A DNA stretch of 64,000 nt from Lama glama. Its lineage: Eukaryota. The stretch covers positions 32,180,001 through 32,244,000 of the forward strand of contig CM052818.1 of assembly GCA_028534125.1 (NCBI GenBank), given 5' to 3'. Positions within the stretch are counted from its first letter, which is position 1; every line of letters starts with the position of its first letter. Positions 11,366 to 26,329 of the stretch are shown in pieces. The notes beneath the pieces were generated by a model. It was not told where the DNA came from. It made no database searches and saw only the letters and a program-made list of their open reading frames with translations. Both the position numbers and the translations under genes were made by a program.

Positions 11366-14300
11366 GTCATTGAGTACCTGCCGTGTGGCAAGCATTGTGT
11401 TCAATATGAGAAATTTAGAAGTGGTACCAGCCTGATAGCAGAAACATCTATAGAAACAAGTGATGCTAAGACTGGAGCCCTTCCTGGGGATGTATTTGTG
11501 TAAATCAGAAGAGCGGAAGCAGGTCAGGGAATCACACTTTACAGAATATTTGGCCCATTGACTGAAACTGTTGGTGTACAAGCCTCAGAGAAGTGAATTA
11601 GGAGAAGAAGCCTTTAGGATTTAGGAGCTTGGAGACTTGACATGTTTCCTTTAGATTGATCGTATTCTAGGCAGGCAGATAGAATTACTGACAGTTTGGA
11701 GCTGTAAGGGTCCTCAGAGAGACTCTATCCAACCTTTTCATTTTACAAACAAAGGAACCTTGGTAGTGACAGAATCAGCACTCAAATTCAGTCCATTTTA
11801 TTCCAAGTTTAGTGACAGATAAAAGGAGCTCCTGACTAAGACACCCCTCAAAGCAGGAAATCAACATTCATCACATTCCTACTAAGAGCCGGGCACTGTA
11901 CTGGCCACTCCATGCATGTAATTTAATTTAATCTCCATAACAGCCATGTGAGGTAGGCAGCACTCATTATTAAATCTGAGCAAATGAAGGTTTAAAGAGT
12001 TTAAATAATTTGTCTAAAGCCTAGAACTGGATAGAGAGAGATCCTGAATATGGAAGAGTCTGTCTGATTTCAAGATTCATGCCATTTGGTTTTTGGCTCA
12101 TAATTTGAGCCCTGCTATCTGGGATGAGAGGGACACATCCCTATGCTGGTGACCAAAGGTAAAAATAACAACCATTTCATATTTAATCATTGAATAAATC
12201 AACACAATCCAATAATAAGGAAACCATGATCGTGGCACTGTGTAAGCAGGGCTCTTTGATCTGCTTCTCCACCCTCCGTGGCTCACACTGGGGGAAGGTC
12301 TGTGAGCTGCCAGGTCATCCTTCTTAATTAGAAGGGACCCCAGGAGCCTTCCCTTAGCCCCAAGCTATTCTGAGCAAAATAAACAGGAAACAGGAATGAG
12401 GGAGAGGAGAGATAAATTCTCACTAACTTTAAAAGATTTATACTGACGACGAATCCCGAGGAATTTATGAAATGCATTTTTTCCTTTTATTTTATTTTTG
12501 GGGGGTTGAGGAAAGCTGCTGATGAAGAGATAGCTCTCAACTATAGAGTTTCATTGAGAATGAAAATACTTTAAGCTCAGTCTCTTATTGACAGTCCAGT
12601 TGCACAAAATAAAATTCATATAAACATCATTTCACATATTAGAACTGGAAAAGTAATCTATCGTCCAGTCAGCCTTGAAAGAGTCTCATTGAAGTACTGA
12701 ATCACAAGGACAGAATTTACATGTGTTTCCACACCCAGGAGGAGGGTAGAGGGGTACAGGAAGCATTCCAAGGCACATCAACTTCAGCTTGCTTCACTCC
12801 TGCTGGGAACTTGAGTTTCTCAAGGGTATGTGTGCGTGCGTGTGTGTGTGCTTGTGCACATGCGCACACACATGCATATAATCTTTCTGAGAAGAAGGGA
12901 GCCACCTCCTTTATTTTGCCCAACTTTCCACTAACAAAGAACATCAGAGTAGGGTCCCAGACACTAACCTAGTACTGGGAACCCCAGTGGATCCCAGAGT
13001 CTGCCTCTAACATGGCACCTTTGCTTACAACGGTAACACACTAAACACATCACATTTGCATTTATCACACCCTTGCCTGTGTGGACTGGTTGTGGAGGAT
13101 GAGGTTGGGTCATTATTGATCCCCTTCTCCCAGCCATACCAGATTAATCTTCCTGAAACACCACTCTGATGATATCCCTATCCTACTCAAACCTTTTCTG
13201 GCTCTCTGTTGTCCACAAAATAAAGTTGAACATCTTCAGCCAGGAATTAAATGTTCTCTGGCTTGGTCCACACCCACCACCCTTCCTTAATTCCCAGCCT
13301 TCTCTTCATGTACCCCATTCTGCAGCCAAAGGCCACTACACATTTTCTACATTTCTGCCTTGACTCCTCTTCCTCTCAACTCCTGCACAGCTGTCTCTGC
13401 CAGTATCTCTGTTTTCCTCTCCCTTTAAGATCGAACTTAAAGGTCATCTTCTTTTTGACTCTTCCCAACTGAACCTAATGTCTCTTTCATAGTGCCTCTC
13501 AAAGTTCTTTATCCGTATGTGTCTTATGACTCTATAACCTCTACTTTTGATTAAAGTTAGTGCAAATATCTCATCACTCCTATGGGAGTGTTCCTTGAAG
13601 CCTGGCTCTGGCTCACGTCTGTGTCCCCAGTGCTTGGGTGTTTGCAGAAAGTCAGCATCCAATAAGTGAAATTTGAGGGCAGAAAGGAGTGAGTAAGAAA
13701 ATCAGTGAACAAATGGATTTTGTCCAGTACCCATCTCCCTATCTTTCTCCTTTCCCATCCCTCTGAGTTCTGAGATACACAACTTGGCCGCAAGGCACCC
13801 TGGTTGTATTTTAGGGTAAAGAATACAGTGGGACAATGAGAAAGATACAAGGGGAAAAGTACTGGTTAGGAGTCCAGAGACCTGGAGTCTGGTCTGAACT
13901 TTCAAATTAAGACTTTGGACGAGTCATTTCCTCATTCTAATCTCCAGCCTGATTCTCTAGAAAAGCAAGGGCATTATATTAGATGATCTTTAAGTTCTTT
14001 CTAATTCTGAGTCTTTGATTCTAATTCCTTTTACCTCTGTGCCCTTGACAAGAATATCTCCCCCACTGTAAAACAGGGTAATAATGGAGATTATTTACTG
14101 AGAGTTGTAGAGCATTTTCCAAAGGCCCATATGCCATGCTGAAACTTCTCAACAATTACAGAGGATTTGGTTTCCAGTGCTGACCTATGCCCCCAATTCA
14201 GCTCCGAAGCAGTCTTGTACTGACCTCATCCTGATTTTAACTGAAAGTCACATTTATCTACTCCCAGAATATTGTAACTCTCCAAATTTCCGATGCAGTA

Positions 14301-15843
14301 TGTGTCCTCGGAAATGCTTTGTTTCTGGTAGGAATCCCCTTCTTGTTCATCTGCATCATTCTCTACTGTAGGCCACTAGTGCATTTGCCTACTCAATAAA
14401 GTGCATTATCTGTAGAAGGAGACTGTTTTGAAGTACATGGGCAGGGAGTAGTTTGAGAAGACTGAGCACTCATTAGCTGGTTCCCAGAGGAGGAGTTGGG
14501 GATCTTGTTGGAATAGGCCTTCACCGCAAAAGGAGCAGCATCTAATGGTCCAAAACTTCAATGTGTAAGTGTGGCAAGTAAAATTAATGCATCAGAAGGG
14601 ATCCCGGGAACAATAAATGGTGCCCTGCTTTTACGCTGACAGTAAACCCATGGATGCAGGCTTCTTGCAGGTCACTTGGCCTGTGCCACTTGAATTAGGG
14701 TTGGCTTGCCCTAGAGGGAAACGCTGCTACAGGCATGGAACCAGGAGGGATTTGTAGGGCTTTCTTTGTGGAGACCAGCTACAATTCACATGATTAATAG
14801 ACTCAGGAGCTGAAATGGATCATAAGAGATCATTGAATTTAGTCAACCCCCCCCCCACCACCTTTTGTAAACAAGGAAACTGAAACCAGAGAAAATTAAT
14901 GCTTTGCCCAAGATCACTTAGCTGGTAAGCAGCGGAGCAGGAGCAATGATCTTAATTACCATGAAGGTGACCCAAATAAACCACCCACCTCTCAAGGAAA
15001 ACCTTGAACTAGTCGTAACTATTTAAGAGCCTAGACCCAACCCATACACTCCTGGAAAATTCTGAATTGTCCAACGGATGTCAGTTGACTCCCAAGTTGG
15101 CTTGAATGTGATACGGATAACTCAGGTCAGCTCTGATTTAAACTGTGACCTGTGGGATGGCCTGAGATTTCCCGGAGTGTCCTGGTTTGTGTGATGTGGA
15201 GATACCCTATATGGATGTATATATGATGGAACTGATGTCCTGATTCCACTCTGGGCACATTAATAGGGGGAGGGACTCTCTTTAGGCTGTCCTCCTAGAC
15301 CAAGAATGTCTTAGCACCTGGGGTGGGTTTCTGACTCTCGTCACTCTGGGGATTAGGTAATCCTTCCTATTCTTCTCCTGTTTCTTATGGGGCTTTGTTA
15401 TTTGTGCCTGTTGGCTGACAAAGAATCTGTGAGCTGTCATGTCTACTTTAACGTAGAAGACAGTTGAAATCAACAAATTGATTATTTTATAAGGGTGCTT
15501 CCTCTCTACCTAAAACTGGGTAAAATGCTCTCCATGCTTACTTCACATAACCCTCACAACCACCCTTTGAAGTAGATGTTTTCATTCTCACTTTATAGAT
15601 GAATAACCCTAGACTCAAAGACATAGAGCTAGTAAGTAGGGGTGCTAGGGTGAGAACCTTGGTGTGCCTGATTATAAAGCCTAAGTCTCAAGTCACTGTC
15701 CTCTTGCCTCAGGCTTTACTTTTTCAAAGACTACCTCAAAAAGAGGCAAGAGGGCTATTTAGGTGTGTGAGAAGAAAGTAGGGGAGGCCTCCAGCATTGC
15801 TGACTTTGATGCCATTGGCCTTAAAATCGCACCTCAGAGCTGA

Positions 15844-16101
<258 letters not shown>

Positions 16102-18623
16102 TAAGTCCTTCCCCATGTCCAACATCCATTATATAAAACAGAGATTTGGGTTTTGGCTACAAAGTTTCAGAGTCTGTGACATCTACTTAAAACTCACAAT
16201 CGTCCTTTAATAGGTAGGGTCCAGATTGAGTCATTACTGCTAATATTCCCTGGGTGCTGTCTCGGGCAGTGATCTGTGGGGCCCTCTGGCTGCCCAGGCT
16301 GGCAGTCCTTCCAGAGGCCAGAGGACCAGCTGGAAGAGTGGGCATTTAATGAGTAGGTATTAAAGATATTTCTTTTCCAAAGTCCAGATGGAGCCTAGAA
16401 GAAAACAGCCAAGGGGAGTGTTAAAAGGCCAAAATGAAAATAATTTAATATGCAGGAAACTGGATTTTACCAGAAGAACTTTGGCAGGAAGGGAAAGAGC
16501 AAACTGTTGTGGCTGCCCGAGCAGGCCCTACGGGAATGTGGGACCCCAGAGCAGAGTAGATCGGGGATGCGTCAACAGTACCAGTTCAGTAGGGAAACAA
16601 GCTTTGTTCTAGAACCTCCAAGGCTTACATAACACAGAAGTCATGCCCAGTACCCATGTCAGTGAGCTCATTTAAGCTTCTAGGACATACTCACTTGCTT
16701 ACTCAGTGATCCACCAGGCTTCTAGAAGTAGTGACACTGGAAAGCAAACTTGAACAAAGGCATCTCTGTGTCTGCCTCTTTTCTCATTCTGTAAGACCCC
16801 AGTTTTGAATGGCCCCTGTCTGATAATCAACAAGGGTGAGAGATCCTTCTTTGTGGCATGTTTGCTGGAGAAAGACCTCAAATTTCTAGCTAAGCTTAAA
16901 CTTAACTTCCCTCTAAGAAAATACCCTTCAGAGGGGCTTCATCTGAACAATGATGTTATCCATATCCACCTCCATGGTGTGCCGAGTCTGGGATGAGATC
17001 TTGCCTACTTCCATTCCAGTAAAGTTGTATGGATTCCTTACTAATTTCTTGAAAGTCTTCACCCCACCCCTCTGCCACTGGCCCGTCTGTAAGTAGTTGC
17101 ACTTCAAGGAACTATAAGCTGCTACAATCCCAGCAGGAATGAAATCTTGGCTTCAAGAAGGATGCTCTCCTCATACCTAAATTCGTATCCATCTTCTCAC
17201 CTCTGAAATGTCTTGTTGTACTGTCTGGGAGGGGCCCAATGTGTCTTGCTCTGTTCACCAGAAGTCAGAAATGTCAGGTGTCTGAGCTGCCTGCTGTAAG
17301 GGATGAGCTGTCTCCTGATAGCCAAGCCTTCTTCCAGCAGGATCTCCCTTTTCTGTGAGAAGCCCACATGTCAAGGCCTTCCATTCATGGGTGGGGCTGG
17401 TGGTGGCCTCTGCTGCAGTGCCATTCTGTAGGTGCTTGCCTGATCTCATGAAAAGTTTATTCTGACTTCTACTTGACATTCGTGTCCCACCAAGCTTGGC
17501 AGAGACCAGAGAGTGCTGCCTAGGGCTGTTGGGACTTCAGGCAATCCATCTGTTGAGGTGCTGCCTGGGGTAGGGAGACTCATTGATGTCACAGGGGAAG
17601 TGGAGTTCGGGGTCTCCCTGAAATGCAGGCTGAGGATGTGCAGGTGTGTGAGGGGCAGAGTGCTGCAGGGTTTCAGCACTTCCAAAATAGCAGGGCTTGG
17701 TTCCTCCATAGTATGATCAGGAAGAGGATCGCTCCTCCCTGTGGCTAGCCATGGGGGCTTGCAAAGAATTTTCCCCTCTTTGTCTTCCTATGCTCATAAC
17801 TACCAAGTGAGTTTCCATTTAACAGTCAGGAAAACTGAGGCAGAGAGAGGAAATAGGAAGCCTGTTTATAGTAGCCGAAGTTGGACTCCAGGTCTCCCCT
17901 TTACTCATTTGTGTTCTTTCCTGGAAATCCATAGTGTCTCAGCAGGAATTCAGGGGGAGAGGACAGGGTTGGGAAAGAGGAAGCGGAATGTGAAGGAACC
18001 CTGCAAAAACAGATGATCGAGATTCTTTGAATGAATCTAGCCAAGGACCATGTGATGGTAGTCTTCCCTCCATATGTGGTGAGAACAAGGACACCAAGAC
18101 TGCATGGTGTGGGAGGCCATGAGCTTCCCCTGAGGTGGTCATGGTCACCAGTTTCAGTGTCCATCCAGCTGGCCAATGCATTTTCTTCCCAAGGTGACTC
18201 TTCCATCGCCAGAGTCGATCTGCCCCCTGGAGGGTGGGAGCTTAGGCAGGAGAAAGGGAGCAGGGGTGCTGGGCAAGCCCACTGACCTGGTGGTTTTGGT
18301 AGGGCTGCCCCTGTGTCTTCAGGTGCTTGGCCTCAGGCCAGGTTCCTAGCATCTTGTGTCACGCTGTTCTCCCCTAGCCTTGGCAGAGCTGTCTTGGAGT
18401 TTGGTGATGAGCAAGAGTGATTCCAATCTAAATTAAAGATGCCTGAGCCAGCCTTCCTCCCTCTAACAAGATCAACATGGTGAGAGTGGAAGGTAGCAGC
18501 TGAAAGGGCACTCCTTAGACTGCTCTGCTGCGTGGAGGAACTCCACTGTCTCGGGCATGCTGGCGAGCTGCAGGGCACAGGCGCTTTTCCAACAGTGCAG
18601 AGAGCTCATGTGTAGAGTTGGAT

Positions 18624-18821
18624 CCAAGTTGCTCAGCCTCGGTACTGTTGACATCTGGGGCCAAACAGTTCTTTTTGTGGACATTGTCCTGAGCATGGTC
18701 CCCGGCTTCCCAGGCCTCTACCTACTAGATGCCAGTAGCATCACCTAATTGACAACAGAAATGTCTCCAGATGTTGCCAAATGTCTCCTGGAGAGCAAAG
18801 TTCCCTCACTGAGAAACACTG
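18624..18821. mobile_element. MER20 hAT-Charlie MITE
   Basis: 'ctcagcctcggtactgttgacatctggggcc', 'ggcctctacctactagatgccagtagc', 'aatgtctccagatgttgccaaatgtc', end 'tgagaaacactg'. Confidence 0.92.
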
Positions 18822-21800
18822 AAATAAATAGAACATTTTAGAGCTGAGAAGAACCCTGGGATTTACCTGGTTCAACTGTGTCAGTTCCTAGGTGTGGGAA
18901 CTGAGACCAGGAGAGGTGAGGGACGTGCTCCATGTCACATGATGTGTCAGTGTGGGTAGGCAGGTGTCTTGAGCCCTACATGTACGTGTATATGCCAACC
19001 ACCATACTAGGTCCCGGGTGTCACAGATATATAAGGCCTGGTCCCTTGTATGAGTAATAACTATTGTTAACACTAATTACACACTTCCTAGATGTGCTAG
19101 CCAATCACTGCTGTGCACTTTACATACATTTTGTTATTAATACTCCACAGCACAGTGAAGCAGGCACAGTTATTATCTTCCATTTCACAGATGAGGAAAT
19201 TCAGTGAAGCCAAATAATTTGCTCAGGGTCACTGGCTAGACAGGGGAGAGGGCGTCTGAAGCTAACCAGCTTGACTTTAGACTATTTTACCCATTGCTGG
19301 AAGAATTCAATTGGACCACAGTAGTGCAGCAGAAAAATTATTATGCTGTGAATCAAAGCCCTGAATTTAAGTCCTGTTTCCCTATTCAATCATCAGTTCA
19401 ATGACAATCATTTATTGGGTGCTTTGTATTAGGACCATACAGGTGCTAGGGATACAGAAGGCCAGCCTTTAATGGTCCAGGAAAGGATGTTCCATGAATG
19501 AGCTCTATGACTTCATGCAAATTTCATCCCCTTCCAAGCCTCAGTTTCCCCATCTGTAAAGTGGGAACGATTATGCCAGCCCTGCTCATGTGGTCATGAG
19601 GGGTCATGTGGAGTCAATGCAATTAAGGATGTGAAGAGTTTCGCACACTCTGAGCAGGATGCAAATGTAAGAGGCCATTGCTTAATACCCAAATCTGCTC
19701 CATTCTGCTTAGAATTTGGGATCACAAAGGATTGAGACTCCCTGCTCTCTGATTATACGGTCAGTGCCAGTCTCAAGAATCTTTAGGTTTTGAGAACCTT
19801 GGCAGTTTGCCTTGCTGGAAACTCATTCCCTTTAGTGTCAGAGATGACCCCAGCAGCCCAGTGATCACCGTGATGAGGGCGGACACTGTGAGATCTTGGT
19901 GGTGATGACAGTGATGATTACAGATAGGGCTGGCTTCCTCTCAGAACAGAACATGGTGGTTTGGGAACTGCTCCTGGGAAAACAACATTTGGCATTTGTA
20001 GTAACAAGGGAGGAAGTTGTCATAACAAAGTCGACTGGGGAGAAGCCTGACTCAGAGGAACAACAAGTCAGAGGCCACCAAGTCCCCCGGAAACCACTGA
20101 GTGGTGAGCACACGGTGCAGCATCATGGGAAGTAACAGCCTGCATGGAGGCGCTGGAGGCAAGGAAGACAGTCGGGGAATCCCAGCAGCTGCTCCCTTCC
20201 TCATTGCCTGGAAGCAGCAGCCTGTGTGAGATCTAAATGACTCACAGAGCGTGAGCGTCTGCGTCTGCCAAGGCAGCCTGGCTTTGCCCGGGGTCTCCCA
20301 GAGGACAGCTGCCAATGAGTGCCTGGCCTTCTCATCTGCTCATCTGCCTGGCAGGAGTGGCTACCGGAGCAGGGAAGCAGAGAAATGGGCTGTCACATAG
20401 CCCAGCCCCGCTGGCTGCAGAATCCAGCAAGCAGAGGTCATCTTAACTAGAATTAGAGGCCATGAAGTTCCATGAACTGAATGAATATAATAATGCATAT
20501 TTAATATGAAGAGTTGTGAATTGGCGTAGGAAGATGGCTCACATTGTACTTAGTACACACTAGATCCTCCTCAATTCATAATTCATTTAACAGCTAGCGA
20601 CTGAGCCCCTCTCGTGTAATAGATGCTGGGAATACACAGCCGAAGATGACACAGTCACTGCTTTCAAGGAACACCCAGTCCAGTAAGGAAGAAGTGAAAG
20701 AGCAACAGCACATGCTTATGCAGATGTTTTTAAATTAGGGCCCAGAAATTATAAGAGGCCAAGCTGAGATCACCAGTTAGCAGTGCCAGCACAGGCAGCC
20801 CAGCTCCTGCATCTGCCTCCTGCGCGACCCTGCCTTTTGGCTGAAGGCTGTTTTAGAGAAAGCAGTCCAGTCTCACAGCAATTGGTGGGGTGAAATTGTC
20901 ACCATCCTGGACTCGAACACAGGCTCAAGGGCTGGTGATGTCTCAGGCTGTAGGAGTGACTCTTCAAGGCTCCTTCCCAGATCCATCACAAGTCTTCCTC
21001 CCTTCCCATGCACACAGCTTTCTCCTTCAGCCTCGGGTGTCTAGGGACTTTATTATGTGTGACCAGAACTACACAGTGTGTGGAGGGAGGAATTGGGTCC
21101 TGAGGGGATAGACGTTGCCAATCATTTGAATTACTAATACTCAAAAAGATGTTTTAAACCTAGAGGATTTGGTGATACCTGGGCTTGAGCCATGTAAGCT
21201 GTCAGGTCTTTTTCACAGCACAAACAAGGCTCATTCCAGAGGGTGGCAGAGAAATAAGATTCTCCTTGGCTCAAAGCTTCACCTTTCTAGGGGAGCTTAA
21301 CCCCTACACTCAGAGGAGACTTGAGTTCCATCAGCCCCATTAATTTCCTCATGGAGGAAGCCAAGGCCTCGGGGCCTGATGAGATGTGATGAAGGTCAAA
21401 GTGCAGGCTCCTGGCAAAGCCAGGCTTACGTCCCTGTTGGGCCCCAGAGCCAGCCCTCCTGTGCTCTCGCCTGTCTGTCTCTCAGCTGAACAGCTGCATC
21501 AAGAAATTCTCAAATTCATTGCCCTTAGATGAAAATCTGCAGGCCCCTCCCCAAGTGAAGAAAAACCCATGCCATGTTTATTTAAACCAGTCAATTCTGA
21601 CCAAAGATCCCAGCTTTAAAACCAGTAACAATTCCAATGGGAGACCTGCCAAAGTAATTTAACCCAAAGCGATATTGGTTTGTGGGTGTCGGAGGGTGTG
21701 GTGTCAGCCCTGGCTCCAGCGCTAATTTGCGGTGTGGTTAAGGAACAACCACAGCCGTTCCCAGCCTCTTACCCCCTGAAGTGGAGATTCCATGGCCCTC

Positions 21801-24800
21801 CGCCCCTCCCTCCCTCCTGCAACGCCCGGGCCCCTATCTCAGGTTGCCATTCAGGACTAAGGGAGCAGGAAATGATCCCCAGTCTACTCTGTGGGCACCC
21901 CCAAGTCTGGCAAACAGGGCAGTCACCCACTACAGACCTACAGAGACCTTCCGCCACTAATGTACAGAACCCTGGACTTTCCTGTAAACAGACCCGATGG
22001 TCTCAGCAGGCTGAATGAGGGATAGGCTCAGGGTTGGGCAACATGGAAAGACGACACAGGGCATTTGCTTCTGAAAAGATGCCTGACTGCCTTTGCCAGG
22101 CCGTGCTGGGTTTACCTTCACTCAGCCCAGCGCACTGTGGCAGGTCTGGCTGGCATGGGGAAATCAGAGGCCTGTGGCATTCAGCATCCCTGGCCAAAGT
22201 GTTCCTGCCTGCATGATAAACGGGATCAGGAATAAAAAAGGGTGATAATTCATTGAAATTGATGCCCTCGAGTGGCAGTGTCACAATGATTTAATTTCAG
22301 GCCCAGTTTCTTCTCATTTTCAAAGTCATTCGTAGTGTCAGCTTCTCCCGTTTTCCCCTTGGTCTGCATAGCACACTAATAAATATACAATAAGGGCTTT
22401 AATGTCCTGGTGATTTACACTAAAAAGAGAGAGCCTTTCAAAGGCTTTAAAGATAATTTTTAAAAGCCTTAAAACTCACACCCAGGCTTGTCAGGGGCAT
22501 ATTTCCTCAACACCTGTCACAGGAACAGTCATGCAGCTGGAAGTTGTCTGAACAGAGGGTAGTCATGAGACGCCTGTCCTAAGTGTGCAGGGAGGAAGCT
22601 CCCACACACAGTGTAAGTCTGGGCAAATCTCTGAGTCTCTACAAGCCTCAGCTTTCCTATCTGTATAGTGATAATAATTGGCTCACCTCACATGGTGGCT
22701 GTGAAGTTAAACTCGATACCATGCAAAGGGGGTGCTCCCCGAGCCCCCTCCCAGCTGCCCCTCTAAGGGGTCCTGGGCTGGCCTTCCTCCAGGCTGCTCC
22801 GGGTTGTAGGAGAGTGGTTGTGAGATGGGCCAAGGTTAGCAATTTCATGTCCTGCAAAGTGACCTAAGTTGGACCCCAAAACTACCAATCCCACTGACTA
22901 TACCTGGATGTGTCATATTTCTCACCCCTTTGAGTAGCAATATTGAAACAATTACTAAAATGCTAGTCTTCTCTGGAGCACCTAGACTTTAAACCATTGA
23001 GATGGTAGGTCTTACGATTTGGGGGTACAAATCATAACCACACATTTTACAAAACTGATATGCCTGAGTCCCAACCCAACCAATTCTAATTTTATTAGTC
23101 TCGGGAAGAGGCTTGAGCATAAGTATTTTTAGAAAGTGCTACCAGGATTCTGATATGCATCAAAATTTAAGAATTACAGCTAACATCTCAGCTTGAATTG
23201 GTTGATCACATAAATGAGTAGCTTTCTGTAACTGTTTACTAAACGCTAAGGAGAAAAGTCAAAAAGAAAGGTTGGAGAGGTGAGATGGACTTGTGTACAG
23301 GGTAGAGAGTTCATTTTCTCCCCCTTATGGGTAGACATGCTGGTAACAAGGCTTCCAGCCCTGGCCTGATCCTGCCTGTGCAGCCCCCAAGCCCCATGTA
23401 TGGGACTGGTCTCTACTGGTGAGTCTACTCAGAACACACCTGTTACTATTTCTCCAAAAGGACTGTGGCCTTTAAGGCCACAGGGCACTGAGAAGAATAC
23501 ACAGTGCACTAGAGAGAGCCAGAGGGAATCTCCATTCCATCCATCCATCCATCCATGCATTTATCCATCCATCCATTCATTCACTATCCACGCAGCATCC
23601 AACATGCACCTTGTTCTTCAGAATGTCATATGTTGGCTTTGATCTAGTTCCCAGGTTAACAGTAGAGCCACATCATTCCTTTTTGTTCTCAGGAGGTAGA
23701 CACTGTGTTGTCAGTATTAACGGTAAATATCTGTGCAGTGCTTGTTCAGGTTACAAGTATATCAACATCTGTCAACTCATTTCATCTTCACTGCAATCTG
23801 TGTCATATATATTAATTATCCTCATTTTACAGATGAATAAACTGAATCTCATAGAGGTTCAGTGATTTGCCCACAGTTGTGAGTTACACACAAGGGAACA
23901 CAGATCTTCTGTGTCTTTTTTTTCCTCATGTTATTTCCCTGAGGAGGCCTTGCAGTTGAACCCCGGTATCACCCTGATATGGCTTTGAGGAAACTGAGAC
24001 CCATTCTCAACCAGTCAGGAAAAACCCTTCTCAAGAAGACTTATCTGATATTTGGTCATCTGGTTCTGGGCCACATACTTTCTAGCTAGAGTCCTCGGTT
24101 TATACATCTTACTCCTCGCAGTGCAGAGTACAGCACCCAGCACACAGGAGGTGTTCTGTGTTAGGTGCATGGACACCAGATCGGTTTGCAGTAGTTCTGC
24201 AATGTGAGTCTTCTTAAACCTAAGTTCTAAAAAGTAGAAGTCCAGTCCAAGATCACAGAAGATCTCCAATCAGTGAAAAGATAAAAAGTATTTCTCCCTA
24301 CCCTCTGCCCTCGCCCAGGAATAGATGTGTGATCCTCCCTGGGGCTCAGGAAGCAGCTGTCAGCGTGCACCTCAACTGCGAAGGTTGCCACTAAGTACAA
24401 AGGACAATTCCTTTCCTGGCAGGTACAACTTTTACTCACAATTGCTTTCATTGATGGGCGTCAAGAAAAATAAATGAAAAAACCATTGGCTTCTGCCAGT
24501 TTTGACCTTTGATATTTGACAGCCCAAGACTTGTAGTGGGGCTCTTTTGAGCTGGTTGCTTTCGTTTTCCCACTCTGCCCTGGATATTTGATGGACTGAA
24601 CACTAGTAAGATGAGAGAATTGTGAACACCTGTAAACCCCTTGGCTTGTCAAAATAGCATCTTGGCAAATCCCATAATAATAAATATATGTTATATACAA
24701 AGAAGTAAAAATGCATATACACAATCATGTCTCATCTCAGGAATGTTTACTGAGTCTCACCATTTCCCAGTGAGGAGGGAAATACTAAAAACAGGTGAAA

Positions 24801-25957
24801 GAATTTTGGCGATAGACTACCAGTGTCAAGGAATTCACTCGTTCGTTCCATCATACATTCTGTCAACAAATGCTATGAGTCTTTTCTATCCCAGGCACTG
24901 GTTGGACTCTGATGGCTCATCCTGTCTTTGTGGGGCTCAGAATAAGGTTTGGTGTTGGATAACAAGGGACAGTTGCGATGCTATGGGAAAGGACTGTAAT
25001 GGGTGTGTGTACAGGTGCCACGAGGGCATGGAGGAGTGTGTACCTGAGCAGGTTGGGGGCAAGCTGGCCCAGAGAAGACAGCTGAGCTGGCTCTGATGGG
25101 AGAAAGGAAGTGGTCAGGTGGACAGTGAGAGGAAGGCATCCCCACAAAGGGCACATGTTTGCCAAGGCCTGGCAGCTTGAGAAGGTAGGTGGTGTGCTGG
25201 GGCTGCACGGTCACTCAGCCCCCCGCCCCATCTGGTCTCTCAGAGTGCCCACACTTTTATGTGTATATGCCACTGCCTTGTGTGGCAATAGAACCCCTCC
25301 CCTCCCCACCAAGACAGTCTCCAAACAGAGAAGTCGCTAGACCCCACCCCCACCTCTTCTTGAAGCAAACATCCTGCTACAAGTGCTCAAAAGATTTCAC
25401 CCTGAGTCCAGACAGTTTTCACTCTTTCTCTGTCTCTCTGGTAGGATCGTCCTCCCTGGTGAGGCCTTCAGGTTCCTTTAGACCATTCATGTATGCATTT
25501 TCTGCCCCAGCGCAAGTGGACTTGAGAGTGCAAGATCTTTATGCCTTTGGTTACTGTTGGCTGAGACTCCAGGCCTTTCCTGTCATCCCACCTCCTCCCT
25601 CTTTGCAGGAAGAGTAGCTAAGTTGGGTTATTCCTCATGGATTGCCCTCCACCCCCTTCTCCACCAGTGAAGCCCTTCCTCATTCTTCAGCACCCAGTGC
25701 AATGTCTCCTCCTCTGCGAAGCCCTTTTAGGGTTCCCAGGATGGCATTGGCCCTGCAGTCTTGTGATGATCCAGCCACAGCCCTGTCTCTCCACTCGTGG
25801 TCAAGGATCCAGTTTCAAGGCTGGTTCCTTCCCAAGTGCCAACACATAAAGGACAGAGAAGAGTGAGGCAGCTGGCGGGGGACAAGCGTGAATAGGGGCT
25901 CACCTCCCTTCCTGCATTCCCCTTAATTTTTATAATAACCACGAGGAGGAGGAAGAA

Positions 25958-26320
25958 AGTTTAGTCCTTATTTGGGTTGCTGTAACAAAATACCACTGAT
26001 TGGGTGACTATAAACAGTAGAAGTTTATTACTCACAGTTTTGGAGGCTGGAAGTTCAAGACCAGGGTGCTGGCATGGTCATGTCTGGTGAGGGCTCTCTT
26101 CCTGGTTCATAGTCGGTCCCTCCTCGCTGTGTCCTCACATGGTGGAAGGTGCAGGGGAGCTCCCTGGAGCTTCGTTTGTAACAGCGCTAGTCCCACTCAT
26201 GAGCGCTTTACCCCCAGGACTGAATTGCCTCCTACCTCTGTATACCATCACATTTGCAGGGTTAGGTTTCAACATATGAATTTGTGGGGAGAGGACATGG
26301 AGGACTGTCAGACCACAGCA
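25958..26320 (-). mobile_element. MaLR solo LTR (MLT1A-like)
   Basis: 'gggttgctgtaacaaaataccac', 'ctcacagttttggaggctggaagttcaagacca', 'tgtgtcctcacatggtggaagg', 'ggttaggtttcaacatatgaatttg'. Confidence 0.9.
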
Positions 26321-26329
26321 AGGAGAGAG

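Noticed and set aside
18624..18821. MER20 as a co-opted hormone-responsive enhancer
   Set aside because: Such co-option is known for some MER20 copies, but nothing in this sequence singles out this copy.
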